Assembly (NCBI GenBank): GCA_036785375.1
Contig: JAWMAR010000024.1
Location: 930,001-994,000 of the forward strand
Length of the DNA stretch: 64,000 nt
Reading direction: 5' to 3'
Source: Leucoraja ocellata
Lineage: Eukaryota
Shown here piece by piece: positions 49,561-60,869 of the stretch. The position numbers and the translations under genes are program-made. Each line of letters begins with the position of its first letter. The first letter of the stretch is position 1. The notes under the pieces are model-generated. The model saw only the letters and a list, made by a program, of their open reading frames with translations. It had not been told where the DNA came from and made no database searches.

Positions 49561-51039
49561 AGTGCGCAGCCATGTGTTTTTAATAAAAACTTTTATGCTG
49601 CTGGCTTCCTCTTGGGCTTGGGTTTATCTGAAGAACATTTTGAAATTGTTTCCATAAAGATGGGAGGCAAGAAAGTTGATTTTTATCCTGTGGTTTTAAA
49701 TCTATGTATGTGAAGATTGATTTGAAATTCCTACCGTTTTGACAGTCTGCTTGTGCTTCTCTAGATGGAGAGAATAAGATGTAGAATACCAACACTTCCA
49801 ATGTGTTGCATTCCCTTTTTTTGTCACTGGAGGGAGTGCTCACCTCAAAATGAATGATTGTTGAGAGAACAATACACAAACTTGCATTTAATTGTTTAAT
49901 GTAGCAAAGCATCCCAAATTGCTGCACAGAAATCCTGCCAAACAATATGTAATACAATCACAGATACTAGGCCTCATGAACAAAAACATAGTGAGGAAGA
50001 TCCAGGTGTTTCAGGTTGATGCTCAAGACAAGGCTGCAAATGGTGAAGAAATTAAAATGCAAGTTGGAGAAGGATAGGAATAGGAATACTTGATTGTTAC
50101 TGTACATCCACGGCACCTCGCATACCCGTCAACTTCAATTAAAATTTAAAAGTTGCCCTGAGAAAGGAATGCATCAAGTCATTGGAATGCAGATTGTAAT
50201 TGTATACATGGCTGCTGATGTCCAAGTGGCTGCCCAGTTTTTGGTGGGTTTTTGAGGGAACCAAGGCAGTAGAATATAGAAATCTAAACTATTATATTAA
50301 AAAAATGACCTGAATAATTACTGGTGTGATCTGCAAGGGGTTGTGTTGGTCGTGTGATTCTGGATTAATGAAAAAAATGGCTAATTATGAAATGTAGCTT
50401 TGTAGAGCTGGCAGTCATAATAAAAACACATTTAAAAACCTTTCCTATATCATGTTCCCTCTTGTGGTCAGTTGAAATATTGCTTTCAATTTATTTTGCA
50501 TAGGGATTGCGTCTTTTAATTTTGAACAATATGTTCTTTGATTCAGAGGATATTTTTGCTGAAAAATGTTTAATTTCATTATTACCTGTAATGTATTTAC
50601 TTTAGGATCGTGAATCTTTGGTATTATTCAACATAAAGGTATGTGGATAGTTAGTGATTAAATATTGAGATTTTGAGGCAGATGGGGATTGCTTTATTAG
50701 GAAGATGTGAAAGTGAAATGTAAATCGTTCGTATTGAGTGGCAGGGTGGATTAAAAGGGCGGTGTGATTTAAAATGCACACTTTAATCTGATTTAAGTTT
50801 AAAACATCTGCAGAATTATGGCAGATTTGAAAGGACATTTGGTATCGGTATCACTTTCTACTGAACTCCGTTTACATTCATATGAAAAAATATTGTAGCC
50901 GTATTTGAAGCATGTGGACAAGAATAGATAATGCAACTTTTAATGGTTTTTGGTGCTTTCAAATCATGGAGTGTACTTAATCTTAAAAAAAAACAATTTT
51001 GGCCTTGTTTACCATTCAAGCTATTAAGACCTACATTAT

Positions 51040-51325
51040 AGGTGACACAGCGATAGGGTTGTTGATTCACAGCACCAGAGACCCGGGTTCAATCTTGACT
51101 ATGGGTGCTATCTACGAAATTTGCAAGTTCTTCCTATGACCGCATGAATTTTCTCCGGGTGTTCAGGTTTCCTCCCAAATCCCCCCCACATATACACTTA
51201 TAGGTTAATTGGTTTCTGCAAATTGTCCCTAGGGTGTCAACTGGAACTTGTGTAAGGAGTGATCGATGGTCAATGTGGACTCGATTGGCTGAAGGGTCTG
51301 TTTTCCCGCTGCATCTCTAAACAAA
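51040..51325 (+). mobile_element. tRNA-derived SINE (HE1-like)
   Basis: B-box GGTTCAATC (~51086), family body, CR1-like tail. Confidence 0.75.
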
Positions 51326-51371
51326 AATAATTTAACTTGATGGCAATTAGGCCCTTTGAGAGTTTTAATTT

Positions 51372-51592
51372 TAGAGATACAGTATGGAAATGGGTCTTTC
51401 GGCCCACCGAGACCACACCAACCAGCGATCCTTGCACACTGTCCTATCCTACACACACACTAGGGACAATTTTGGGAATGTGGGAAGAAACCGAAGATCT
51501 CTGAGAAAACCCACGAGGTCACAGGGAGAACATGCAGACAGCACCCGGGTCTCTGGTGCCGGAAGGCAGCAACTGCGTCACCATGCCATCCT
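51372..51592 (-). mobile_element. tRNA-derived SINE (HE1-like), tail-to-tail with the previous copy
   Basis: Reverse-complement similarity to 51040-51325 and direct similarity to 51860-52145. Confidence 0.7.
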
Positions 51593-51624
51593 AACTAAAC
51601 TAAACTTTTGAAATTGAAATATAT

Positions 51625-51865
51625 GACTCATTCACGGCTGGTGGACTGGCATTTCACTCACTCACGGCTGTTGGGCTGGCAGTTGACTCGCGGCCAGTGT
51701 GTTGGCAGTTGATTGACTCACGGCTGGTGGGCTGGCAGTTCGCTCATGGCTATTCCTTGAAATTCCATTTCAAGCAGAGTGCAGGCCACCAAATTGAAAT
51801 GCAATTTCATACCATTTCAAGCAGAGTGCAGGCCACCAAATTGAAATGCAATTTCATACCATTTC
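51625..51865. repeat. Compound tandem repeat (~25-30-bp units plus a 47-bp duplication)
   Basis: gactcacggctggtgggctggcagtt-like unit x4; CCATTTCAAGCAGAGTGCAGGCCACCAAATTGAAATGCAATTTCATA at 51765 and 51812. Confidence 0.8.
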
Positions 51866-52145
51866 GGCCCACCATGTCCGCGTTGACCAGCGATCCCTGC
51901 ACATGAACCCTATCCTGCATCCACTAGGGACAATTTTTGCATTTACCAAGCCAATTAATCTACAAGCCTATACTTCTTTGGAGTAGGGGAGGAAGCCGAA
52001 GACCTCGGAGAAAACCCATGCAGGTCACGGGGTGAATGTCCGTAAACTCCGTAAAGACAGCACCCGTAGTCGGGATCGAACCCGGATCTCCGGCATTGCA
52101 TTCGCTGTAAGGCAGGAACTCTACCACTGCTCCACCGTGGTGCAG
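51860..52145 (-). mobile_element. tRNA-derived SINE (HE1-like)
   Basis: Minus strand reads CACGGTGGAGCAGTGGTAGAG (A box) ... GGTTCGATCCC (B box). Confidence 0.85.
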
Positions 52146-52581
52146 TACCTGACCTTGAATAGATCAACCAACCTATGCAATTCAGTCCAATAAATCTTGT
52201 AAGTTCAAATTAAATGGGAGAATCATAATAGTCGGGTACTGTTATGGGGATATGGAACACAATATATTAAAAAATTAAGTTGCAACTTTTTTCCTCTATG
52301 CTTGTACTAATCTATAGATTCTAATTGTAAACTGCTGAAACTTTGAGAAAATATTCTATTCATTTGACATTTAATGTAATATTTTTGATCATTGGTAAAG
52401 AGAACATAAAATTACCGTTTTGAACATCGGATGAAATTAGTTTCCAGTTGCAGATACGCATTTGTCTGCTTTGTGTTGCTATTCATTTCCTAAACATTTG
52501 AACTGTAAATCATTAAAACAATAACAGTATAGAGCTTTTCAAAAGTGTAACTTGTACTGAACATTCTAATGTTAAAAGGTA

Positions 52582-54202
52582 CAGTTTTGGACAAAGACCC
52601 TTCATTTATTTATTTGCCTGTACACAATTTGAGATTTGTAATAGAAAAAAAATCACATGTGCACATTGTCAGATTTTTAATAATCAGTTGCTGGGTGTCT
52701 TCCCTGGTGATTCTATTCCATTGCAGCACAGACAATAGGTGCAGGAGCAGGCCATTTGGCCCTTCGAGCCAGCACTGCCATTCAATGTGATCATGGCTGA
52801 TCATCCTCAATCAGTACCCCGTTCCTGCCTTCTCCCCATATCCCCTATTTGTAAGAGCCCTATCTAGCTCTCTCTTGAAAGCATCCAGAGAACTTGCCTC
52901 CACTGCCCTCTGAGGCAGAGAGTATTGCAGCCATCTTCAGCTTATACTTGTTTTGGGGGCTCTGCCCCTTCAGTTTTCTCTACAGCATATAAAAGGCATG
53001 CTCAGTTGGGTCCAGATCGGGCGAGTGCCTTGGCCAATCAAGAATTGACCATTTTCAGCTTTGAAAAACCCCTTTGTTGCTTTAGCAGTACGTTTAGGAT
53101 CATTGTCTTGCTGTAGAATGAACTGCCAGCCAATGTGTTTTGAGGTAGTACGAACTTGAGCAGATAGGATGTGTCAATGTACTTCAGAATTCATTATGCT
53201 ACTGCCATCAGCAGTTGTATCATCAAAATGGAAACAAGTGAGCTTTCAGTGGCCATACATGCCCAGGCCATAACACCCCACCACTGTTTCACAGATGAGG
53301 TAGTATTCTTTGGATCTTGGGCAGTTCCTTCTCTCCTCCAAACTTTTCTCATGCCATCACTCTGATGTAAGTTAATCTTTGTCTTAACAGTCCACAAAAA
53401 CTTTTTCGAGAACTGTGGTTGCTCTTTTAAGTACTTCTTGGCAAACTGTAACCTGGTCATCCGATTTTTGCGGCTAACCAGTGGTTTGCATCCTGGTGTA
53501 GCCTCTGTATTTCTGTTCATGAAGTCTTCTGCGGGCAGTGATCATTGACAAATCAACACCCGACTCCTGAAGAGTGTTTCTGATCTGTCGGATAGGTGTT
53601 TGGGGATTTTTCTTTATTTTAGAGAGAATTCTTCTGTCATCAGCTGTGGAAGTCTTCCTTGGCTTGCCAGTCCCTTTGCGATTAGTAAGTTCACAAGTGC
53701 TCTCTTTCTTCTTAATGATTTTGATCATTAAGAAACATTTGATTTGGTTAAGACTGGCTGATGTCTCTAACAGTTTTATTCTTGTTTCTCAGTCTCATAA
53801 TGGCTTCTTTGACTTTTATTGGCACAACGTTGGTCCTCATGTTAATAAACGGCAATTAAAGTTTCCAATGGCGATGGGAAGACTGCAGGAAAGACTAAGT
53901 GCTGAGAGCTCTCTTATACCTGCATGAAGGAGGCAATTAACACACCTGAGCAAGTACAAACACCTGTGAAGCCATATGTCCCAAACATTATGGTGCCCTG
54001 AAATATGGGGGGGGGGGGGGGGGGGAGAGAGACTGTATAAACACAGCTGTAATTTCTACATGGTGAAATCAATATGTGTAAAAATGGCCTTTTATAAAAT
54101 TGGACAATGTGATTTTTTTCCAATTACAAATCTCAAATTGTGGAGTACAGAGGCAAATAAATAATCGATGGGTCTTTGTCCCAAACATTATGGAGGGCAC
54201 TG
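52582..54202 (-). mobile_element. Tc1/mariner DNA transposon, inactive
   Basis: TA-flanked CAGT...ACTG ends with inverted repeats (ggacaaagaccc...aatttgagatttgtaat); transposase pieces TGKPRKTSTADDRRI, KPLVSRKNRMTRLQFAKKYL, WTVKTKINL (catalytic D lost); CR1 fragment inserted at 52728-52925. Confidence 0.9.
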
Positions 54203-54247
54203 TATAAACAAGCAGCTGTTTTAAGTTGTATTTATTTTGTTTTCCAG

Positions 54248-54358
54248 AGGAACAGTTCAATGTTGAAACAAAAACAATTGCTGTGGATTTTGGAGATGGA
54301 GCTGAGATCTACAAGGTTATTGAGCCTGTTCTAGCTGGACTGGAGATAGGTATCCTTG
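54248..54358 (+). CDS. HSD17B12: HSD17B12 coding exon 4
   Basis: tttccag|(K)EQFNVETKTIAVDFGDGAEIYKVIEPVLAGLEIGIL|gtacgt; 111 nt. Confidence 0.96.
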
Positions 54359-55078
54359 GTACGTATTTAAGGATGCCATGGGTGAAGTTTGTAATTGTGC
54401 TATATTCTCAACTTGAGCTATTGCCGGTATATGAAAACAGGCTTCATGGCTTAAATAATATAAAGTAATTTTAGGCAATTCTGATTTTACTTCAAGTTCC
54501 TTTTTGCCTTTAGTGTGATGCTTCAACTGGTTTCTCTTGTCTTACAGGAAGCATAAATACAGTGTTTATATCTTTCACTGAAACGTACAATTTCTTAAAG
54601 CTCTTGATCACTTTGCTTTAAGTTAGCCAACATCTTCATTTCTAGCCCATGCCCACTTTATGTATTGTATATTTGATCTACTTGGATAACACGCAAATCA
54701 AAGCGTGTCTCTGTACCTCTGTGCATGTGACAAACCTGTTCATAATGTAGTGGTTAGTGTTGTGCAGTGTTCAAGAGCTTGATGGTTGCAGGGGAGTAGC
54801 TGTTCTTTAATCTGGTGGTCACTGTTTTCAATATCCTGTACTTTCTGATTAATTGGCTGCCTTTTTGAGACAGGCCCTCCTATAGATCTCTTTGCTAGGG
54901 AGGTTAGTATCTGTGACGGGCCAGGCAATGCCTACCACTCTCTGCAGCCTCCTTAGCACCTGGGCATTCAAGTTTCTGAATCAGGCTGTAATACAACCAA
55001 TCAGAATGCTCTCTACTGTTCAATAGAGTATTCGGCAAGATATGGAATTTCCTCAACCATGGAAAATGGAAGTATAAT

Positions 55079-55835
55079 TAATAATAATAATAAATACTTT
55101 ATTGATCCCCTCAGGGAAATTCAGATGTCCAGAAGCCCCCAACCAACAAACCCACCGATTCAAAGCGAATGCAGACAGAAAATACATAACATACACTGTG
55201 GACACTACCTGAGAGCAATAAATACTTAAAAAGACCAATAATTGACAATTAAAAATTAAAATTGCAAGAATGCACCCCCCTACAGCCTAGCAGTCCGAAT
55301 TATAAAATCTAATGGCTGCAGGGGTGAAGGATCTCCTGAACCGCTCCGTTCTACAGGGCAGGGAGAGGAGCCAGTTGTTGTTCCGAGTGCTCTTTTGACT
55401 CTCCAGAATTACATGGAGGGGATGCCCGGGGTTTTTCAGGATGACCTGCACCTTGTGCCTCATACGCCTCTCAAGCACATCCATCCCAGAGTCTACTCTC
55501 CCCTCCAGCACTGAGCTAGCTCGTTTGACCAGCTTCTTGTTGTTTTTTGCACTAATGCTGTTGCCCCAGCAGACAACAGCATAGAAAATAACATTTGCAA
55601 CCACAGTGTTGTAAAACATGTGCAGCATGTCATTACACACATTGAAGGATTTGAGCCTTCTGAGGAAAAATAGTGCTCTGGCCTTTTTTGTAGAGGGAGT
55701 CAGAGTTGACAGACCAGTCCAGTTTGTTATCAAGGTGCACTCCAAGGTATTTATATGTCTGCACCACCTCAATGTCAGCCCCAGCAGCGTTGACTGGCTG
55801 AAGGGGGAGCTTGGAGCTTTCTTTGTGATTTCATC
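55079..55835 (-). mobile_element. Rex1/Babar-type LINE 3' part nested in an older LINE fragment (~54640-56060)
   Basis: LFFLRRLKSFNVC..MLHMFYNTVVANVIFYAVVCWG...HPLH...LPCRTERFRRSF; (TAT)n tail at 55079-55092. Confidence 0.85.
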
Positions 55836-56266
55836 CATCCTGGGTTTAGGACAGATCTTTAGAGATGCTTGCCCATGAATTTGAAGCTGATGACTACTTC
55901 CACTGCTGTCCCATCGATGGTTTTCCCTTCCTAAAGTGAATAGTCAGCTTATTGATCTTGCTAATGTGGAGAGCAAGATTGTTCTTTTGACACCTTTCAA
56001 TCAGATTATCAATCTCCCTCTTGTATATTGACCCATCGTTGCCCATTATTTGTCCACTAATGGCAAGTATTCTGGTAACTATTCTTTTCCCAATATATGC
56101 AGTAAAATCTGATTCTAAAAGCAGTTTGCCTTTTGAGCAATTATAAATATCTACACATTCTTCCTGTCTTCCTTTCAAAAAGTTCTAATGACACAAGCTT
56201 CAAAAAAAATATTGAAGCTACATATAGGTTTAAAAAAAAATTAACAATATTCCTTTTGACTTCTAG

Positions 56267-56331
56267 TGAACAATGTGGGAATTTCTTACAACTACCCAGA
56301 ATATTTCTTGGATGTGCCTGATCTGGACAAT
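56267..56331 (+). CDS. HSD17B12: HSD17B12 coding exon 5 (NNVG motif)
   Basis: ttctag|(V)[21 protein letters not shown]|gtaagt; 65 nt. Confidence 0.97.
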
Positions 56332-58069
56332 GTAAGTATTGAAACATTTCTAACTACAGTTTTTTAGAATCATAGTCGCATAGCACAAAAATGGGCCCTT
56401 CAGCTGACACATCAAGCTGACCTTTTTTGCCCAAGTGCATTAATTCCATTTGCCCACATCAGATCAGTATCTTTGTCCTCCCTTAAACATGGCGATTGTG
56501 TCTAGCAGTGAGTTCCAGATAATAACCACTTTGTTTATAATAAAATCTGTCGCCTCTAATTTCCGTTTTAAAACGCCTTCCTTCACTATAAACCTGTGTG
56601 CCCTGTTTTTGATATCGTTACCATGGGAAAAAGATTTTGACTATTTACGCCTCTTAATAATTTTGTGTTTTCGCCTTTTATTCCCCTCCCAGAAAATTGT
56701 GGGACTGGGTTTTGAAAGATTCTTGGTGGTTTTAAGATAAGTTCAGATTTGATAGTTAAATATGCTCGCCATTACACTAGCAAGATTAGTATCCCTACAG
56801 TCATGTATTTTGTTAATGTCTCATTACATACTCGTAGAATGTTTGGGGCTACAAGGGAAGGCCTTTCGTTCCAGCAACATAATGCTACCTTTAACACGGT
56901 GGACAAGTCATTTTAAGCGTTAACATTGTTTTGTTGTATTGACTTTCATTACCCAGTCTGCATGTCCATTAATGAATGTTCTGGATAAAATACTTACAAC
57001 ATTGATGTGGGGGATGTGTGGTTAGAATATATTTGTTATGGGTGAATCCATATAGGTTAATGGGTACAGTTATTTGCACAGTAAGCTTGCTTTGTGGAAT
57101 GTACTGTAAATAGCAAGACTGTGGGACATGCCCAGAAAGCCATTCTGTAGAAAAAGAACAAGTTAGCACACCATCTGCCCCATCTTTTTTTTTTCTTTGT
57201 TTGGAAAAAAGTGTCCCAGACCAGAAATGTTTCTTTCCACTGGTGCTGCCTCAACCTTGTAGTTTAGTTTTCTTAAAGTATAGATCTGTCTTTTGGACAT
57301 CTGTATTCCGAGAACGCTCAGTTAAAGATGTTTTTAATTATTCCCATAATTTTAACTTTACATTGTTCCCTTTTCAGACTTCAGGAAACATTTTACCCTG
57401 ATCTCCAAAATTGGTTCACATCAAAGACTTTTCTGTATGAAAAGTTTCAATGCTGTCGCTTCAAATAATTCACATTCCTTATATTTAGTTTTGTAGCCTT
57501 TGCATCCTGCTGAAATATTGTAACTCATGACTTTGTTTATAACTGTGCTGCAACTAATATTTCTTCACTATCACTCCAAAATTTGAATGCACGCATTTCC
57601 AAATTAAGTCCACTTTAATGACCATTATTTTGAGACTGTCGATAATTTACTCATTCAGTAACTAGGTGATCAATCCATGGCCCGTCATATGGTCTTGTTC
57701 CTTTAGCTTGTAAATACAATATTGAACCTAGTTTTACTTGGATATTTAAAAAAAAAAAGACCAAAGCCATGATGCAAGTGAAAACTAAAAAATATCTTTG
57801 GTTTTTTGGTAAACTATTTATTTAAATTGGTTGAGCTATATACTGAATGATGCAATTTTATTCATAAAAGATGAATGATAATTTGTGTTGCATTACAAAC
57901 AGGTCAAGTTGACATTTGACACAATAGATATTTGTCATGATAGTTTATTCCTGGTATTTTGGGCATTTTTGTCATAACTTTAGTTTCATATTTAGTAGCC
58001 ATCTGAAATTGCATATGTAGAGCTTAATTATCAATATTTTATAAAATTATCATTCTGTATCTTTCCCCT

Positions 58070-58600
58070 GTGGATGTAGGGAAAAGTACCTTGGGAGGGG
58101 TGGTTTGAATGGGAAGGGATGAATGGACCAAGAAGTTTCAGAGGGAGTATCTCTATGGAAAGCTGATGGTGGGAATGGGAACATGTTGGTGTGATCATGT
58201 TGAAGGCGACAGAAATATCTGGGAATGTGTTGGATGCAGAGGCTGGTGGGGTGAAAGATGAAGACCAGGGAAACTATTCATGTTCTATCTGGAGCGAGGT
58301 GGAGTAAGAGCAGAACTGTGGGACACATCAAAGGCATGGGGTCAGGACTCCATCCACAACAGCGGAGGGGGAAACCATGTTTATTGGAAAAAAAAGAGAT
58401 CTTGGATGTCCAACAAAGGAAATCCTCATCTAGGGAGCAGATGTGGTGGAGACAGAAAAATCGGGAGAAAAGAATGAGATCATTGCACAGGGCAGACTGG
58501 GAGAAGAGCTAGTCAAGAATACTGAGTCAATGGATTTGTCGTTGACGTCGTTTTTAAGTCTATTCCCTGTGATGGAGATGGATTGTGAAGTGGGAGAATA
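58070..58600 (-). mobile_element. Degraded Penelope-like ORF fragment (RT-endonuclease linker)
   Basis: Minus strand reads LVFIFHPTSLCIQHIPRYFCRLQHDHT, resembling the PLE linker LVLTFHP....IQ.II..HF..LQ.D.T. Confidence 0.55.
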
Positions 58601-58799
58601 TCAAGTAGTTCTTGATGTCTGCAGGAATATTTGTATCTGGACTACATTCTAATGGCAAAGCCTTTTAATGAACGATTATTTAAATTGTATATTATGGGCC
58701 TCAAATTATTGTCCCTTTTTTCTCAATCTTTACAAGCAAAATTTAAACATTTTAATTTTTTTAATTATGTAAGCGATTGCTACACTATATGGACTTGCA

Positions 58800-59130
58800 A
58801 CAGGGTGGCGAAGGTTAATAGGAACCTGAGGGGTAACCTTTTCACACAAAGGCTGTGGGTGTATGGAACGAGCTGCCAGAGGACGTGGGTTTTGGTGAGG
58901 GGGAAATACCCGAGGGGTAGCTTTTTCCCTCTAGGGTGGTGGGAGTATGGAACAACCTGTTGGAAGGGGGTAGTTGAGGCACGTACCATTGCGACGTTTA
59001 AGAAACATTTAGATATGATGGGACAGGTTTAGAGGGATATGCAGGCAGGTGGGACTAGTGTAGAGGGGAGATGTTAGCCAGTGTGGGCAAGTTGGGCCAA
59101 AGGGCCTGTTTCCATGCTCAAAGACTCTAT
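58800..59130 (+). mobile_element. CR1 LINE 3' end fragment with partial internal duplication
   Basis: RGNLFTQRLWVYGTSC and tail match 40070-40317; the GGGGTA..TTTT..GTATGGAAC segment occurs twice. Confidence 0.8.
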
Positions 59131-59511
59131 GTGAATTTAATTACATTTTCATTTTAAATATTCATTAAGTTGTACATCATATAAAGGTGCTTTCAGTGTA
59201 GCAGAGGAAAATCTCCCATGCCTGATTAATAGTTTACAAAATTAAAGGCAAGACGACTTTAACTGAAAGCAAACTGTGCACTTGTAAACTGGTTAATAGT
59301 CTATTATTGCTATCCATTGAGTATTCACCCAGGTAGCCATAAAGCATTTAACTATTGACTTTTGGTACAGAAAAAGCAATCAAGCAGTTAGCTGCATTCT
59401 ATTTATCACCACAACCACATTATTCGGTGGTAAATAAAGATGGTTCCTTTAATCTAAGACATCAATTTAATTCTATACTGATGCAATAACTAATTAATTT
59501 TCTTTCCTCAG

Positions 59512-59556
59512 ATCATTAATAAGATGATCAACATCAACGTTATGTCTGTTTGTAAG
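59512..59556 (+). CDS. HSD17B12: HSD17B12 coding exon 6
   Basis: ttcctcag|IINKMININVMSVCK|gtaatg; 45 nt; later exons with catalytic YxxxK lie beyond the window. Confidence 0.95.
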
Positions 59557-60869
59557 GTAATGTAACTTTTTTCTGTAACTTTTCTGCTACTATCATGTTC
59601 ATGGAAACATTGCATTTTTTTCAAAACCATGCCAGATTAGTTAGTATCTGTGGAGTTCTGACAAGGATCTAGAATCAGAAATGTTAATGGTTTCTCGTTC
59701 CTCGGGTACTGGCTGATGTGCAAATGTTCAACATTTTCTAATTCTATGTCAGACTTCTGGCATCTGCATTTTCTTTTTAAATTTACAATGGGTTAAGTTA
59801 CAGGAGAGTATGAAAACTATTTGTCCTTGAGTTTACAACTCTTTGCCAGATGCTGACTCAAGTTGGATAAGATCTGGGTGCTGGCATTGTCCAGCTGCAT
59901 TATAGCCAGCCATACAGTGAACATTAGCAGAGGGGGGAGAGAGATGTGTTCACATCAATTCTGCTACTGGAGCAGGTTATGATTACTTTGCCTGTTCCAT
60001 ATGCTGCAGTTTGTAGCCTCATTCACTACACTATGGGAAATTACTAGAATTAATGAGAATGTGGTCGCCTGTCTCACTGAAAAGTAGCTTGAAAATCGTA
60101 TACTTGAGATTAATACTTTTATTGTACCTAATCAATATTGTACCGCCGAATAAACCTCTGTCGTTGCTTGTAATTCCCTCGCGTTTCAAAATATAATGGA
60201 TTTTGAATGTGTTTGTTATTCAGCTTCTAACTTGTGTTTAGTGTTTAACGTTGTTTTTTTACCATTATAGTGTCACAGGGGTCACATTAGGGGTCACAGA
60301 TGCAGGAAATTCCCATCTGAGAGTCATGACAAGCAGTCACCATCTCAGTAATTGAGTGGTTTCTTATTAGAAGCTCAACAGTGATCATTGGCCTTTGAGT
60401 TTATTACCTTCAGGAAATTTCTGCCCTTGTGCAGACAAGCATGGAGAGGGAGAGCAGCAGATTTCATCATATCCAATGAGCGATGCAGATCCATTGGTCT
60501 CTATTGGTACTACCTATCAACATATTGCACAAGTTCTGCCTGACTCCAACAGTGGCTGCACTTATTATGCCTGCCTGGGGGCACCCTCGTCCTGGCTTCC
60601 CCAGCATCAGCTTTCCAGGCAGGCTTTCCACACTGAACTGTGGGATGATTCATCACTGGTTCAAGCTAGGTTTCCAGCACAGCAGCATGTCATAGAAGAA
60701 AGGCAGGGGTTTGTGCCAGGTTCCAGAGCAGCAGCATGGTGTGGGGAGAGGGGGGGGGGGGTGAATGGGATGGGGCTGCATAGGCAGGAGATCTGGAACG
60801 GCAAGTAGCATGTTGCTCTGTATGTAATATGATAATAATCCCTTCTAAGCTGATTCCTGTTTTTTTCTA

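Noticed and set aside
51625-51865. Repeat array superficially like CRISPR
   Set aside because: Eukaryotic context; degenerate tandem units without unique spacers
52060-52145. tRNA gene
   Set aside because: A/B boxes belong to a SINE head that continues into the SINE body and LINE-like tail; no full cloverleaf
27792-59556. Alternative assignment to HSD17B3 or HSDL1
   Set aside because: [27 protein letters not shown] and KMININ..SVCK, plus the adjacent miR-129, fit HSD17B12
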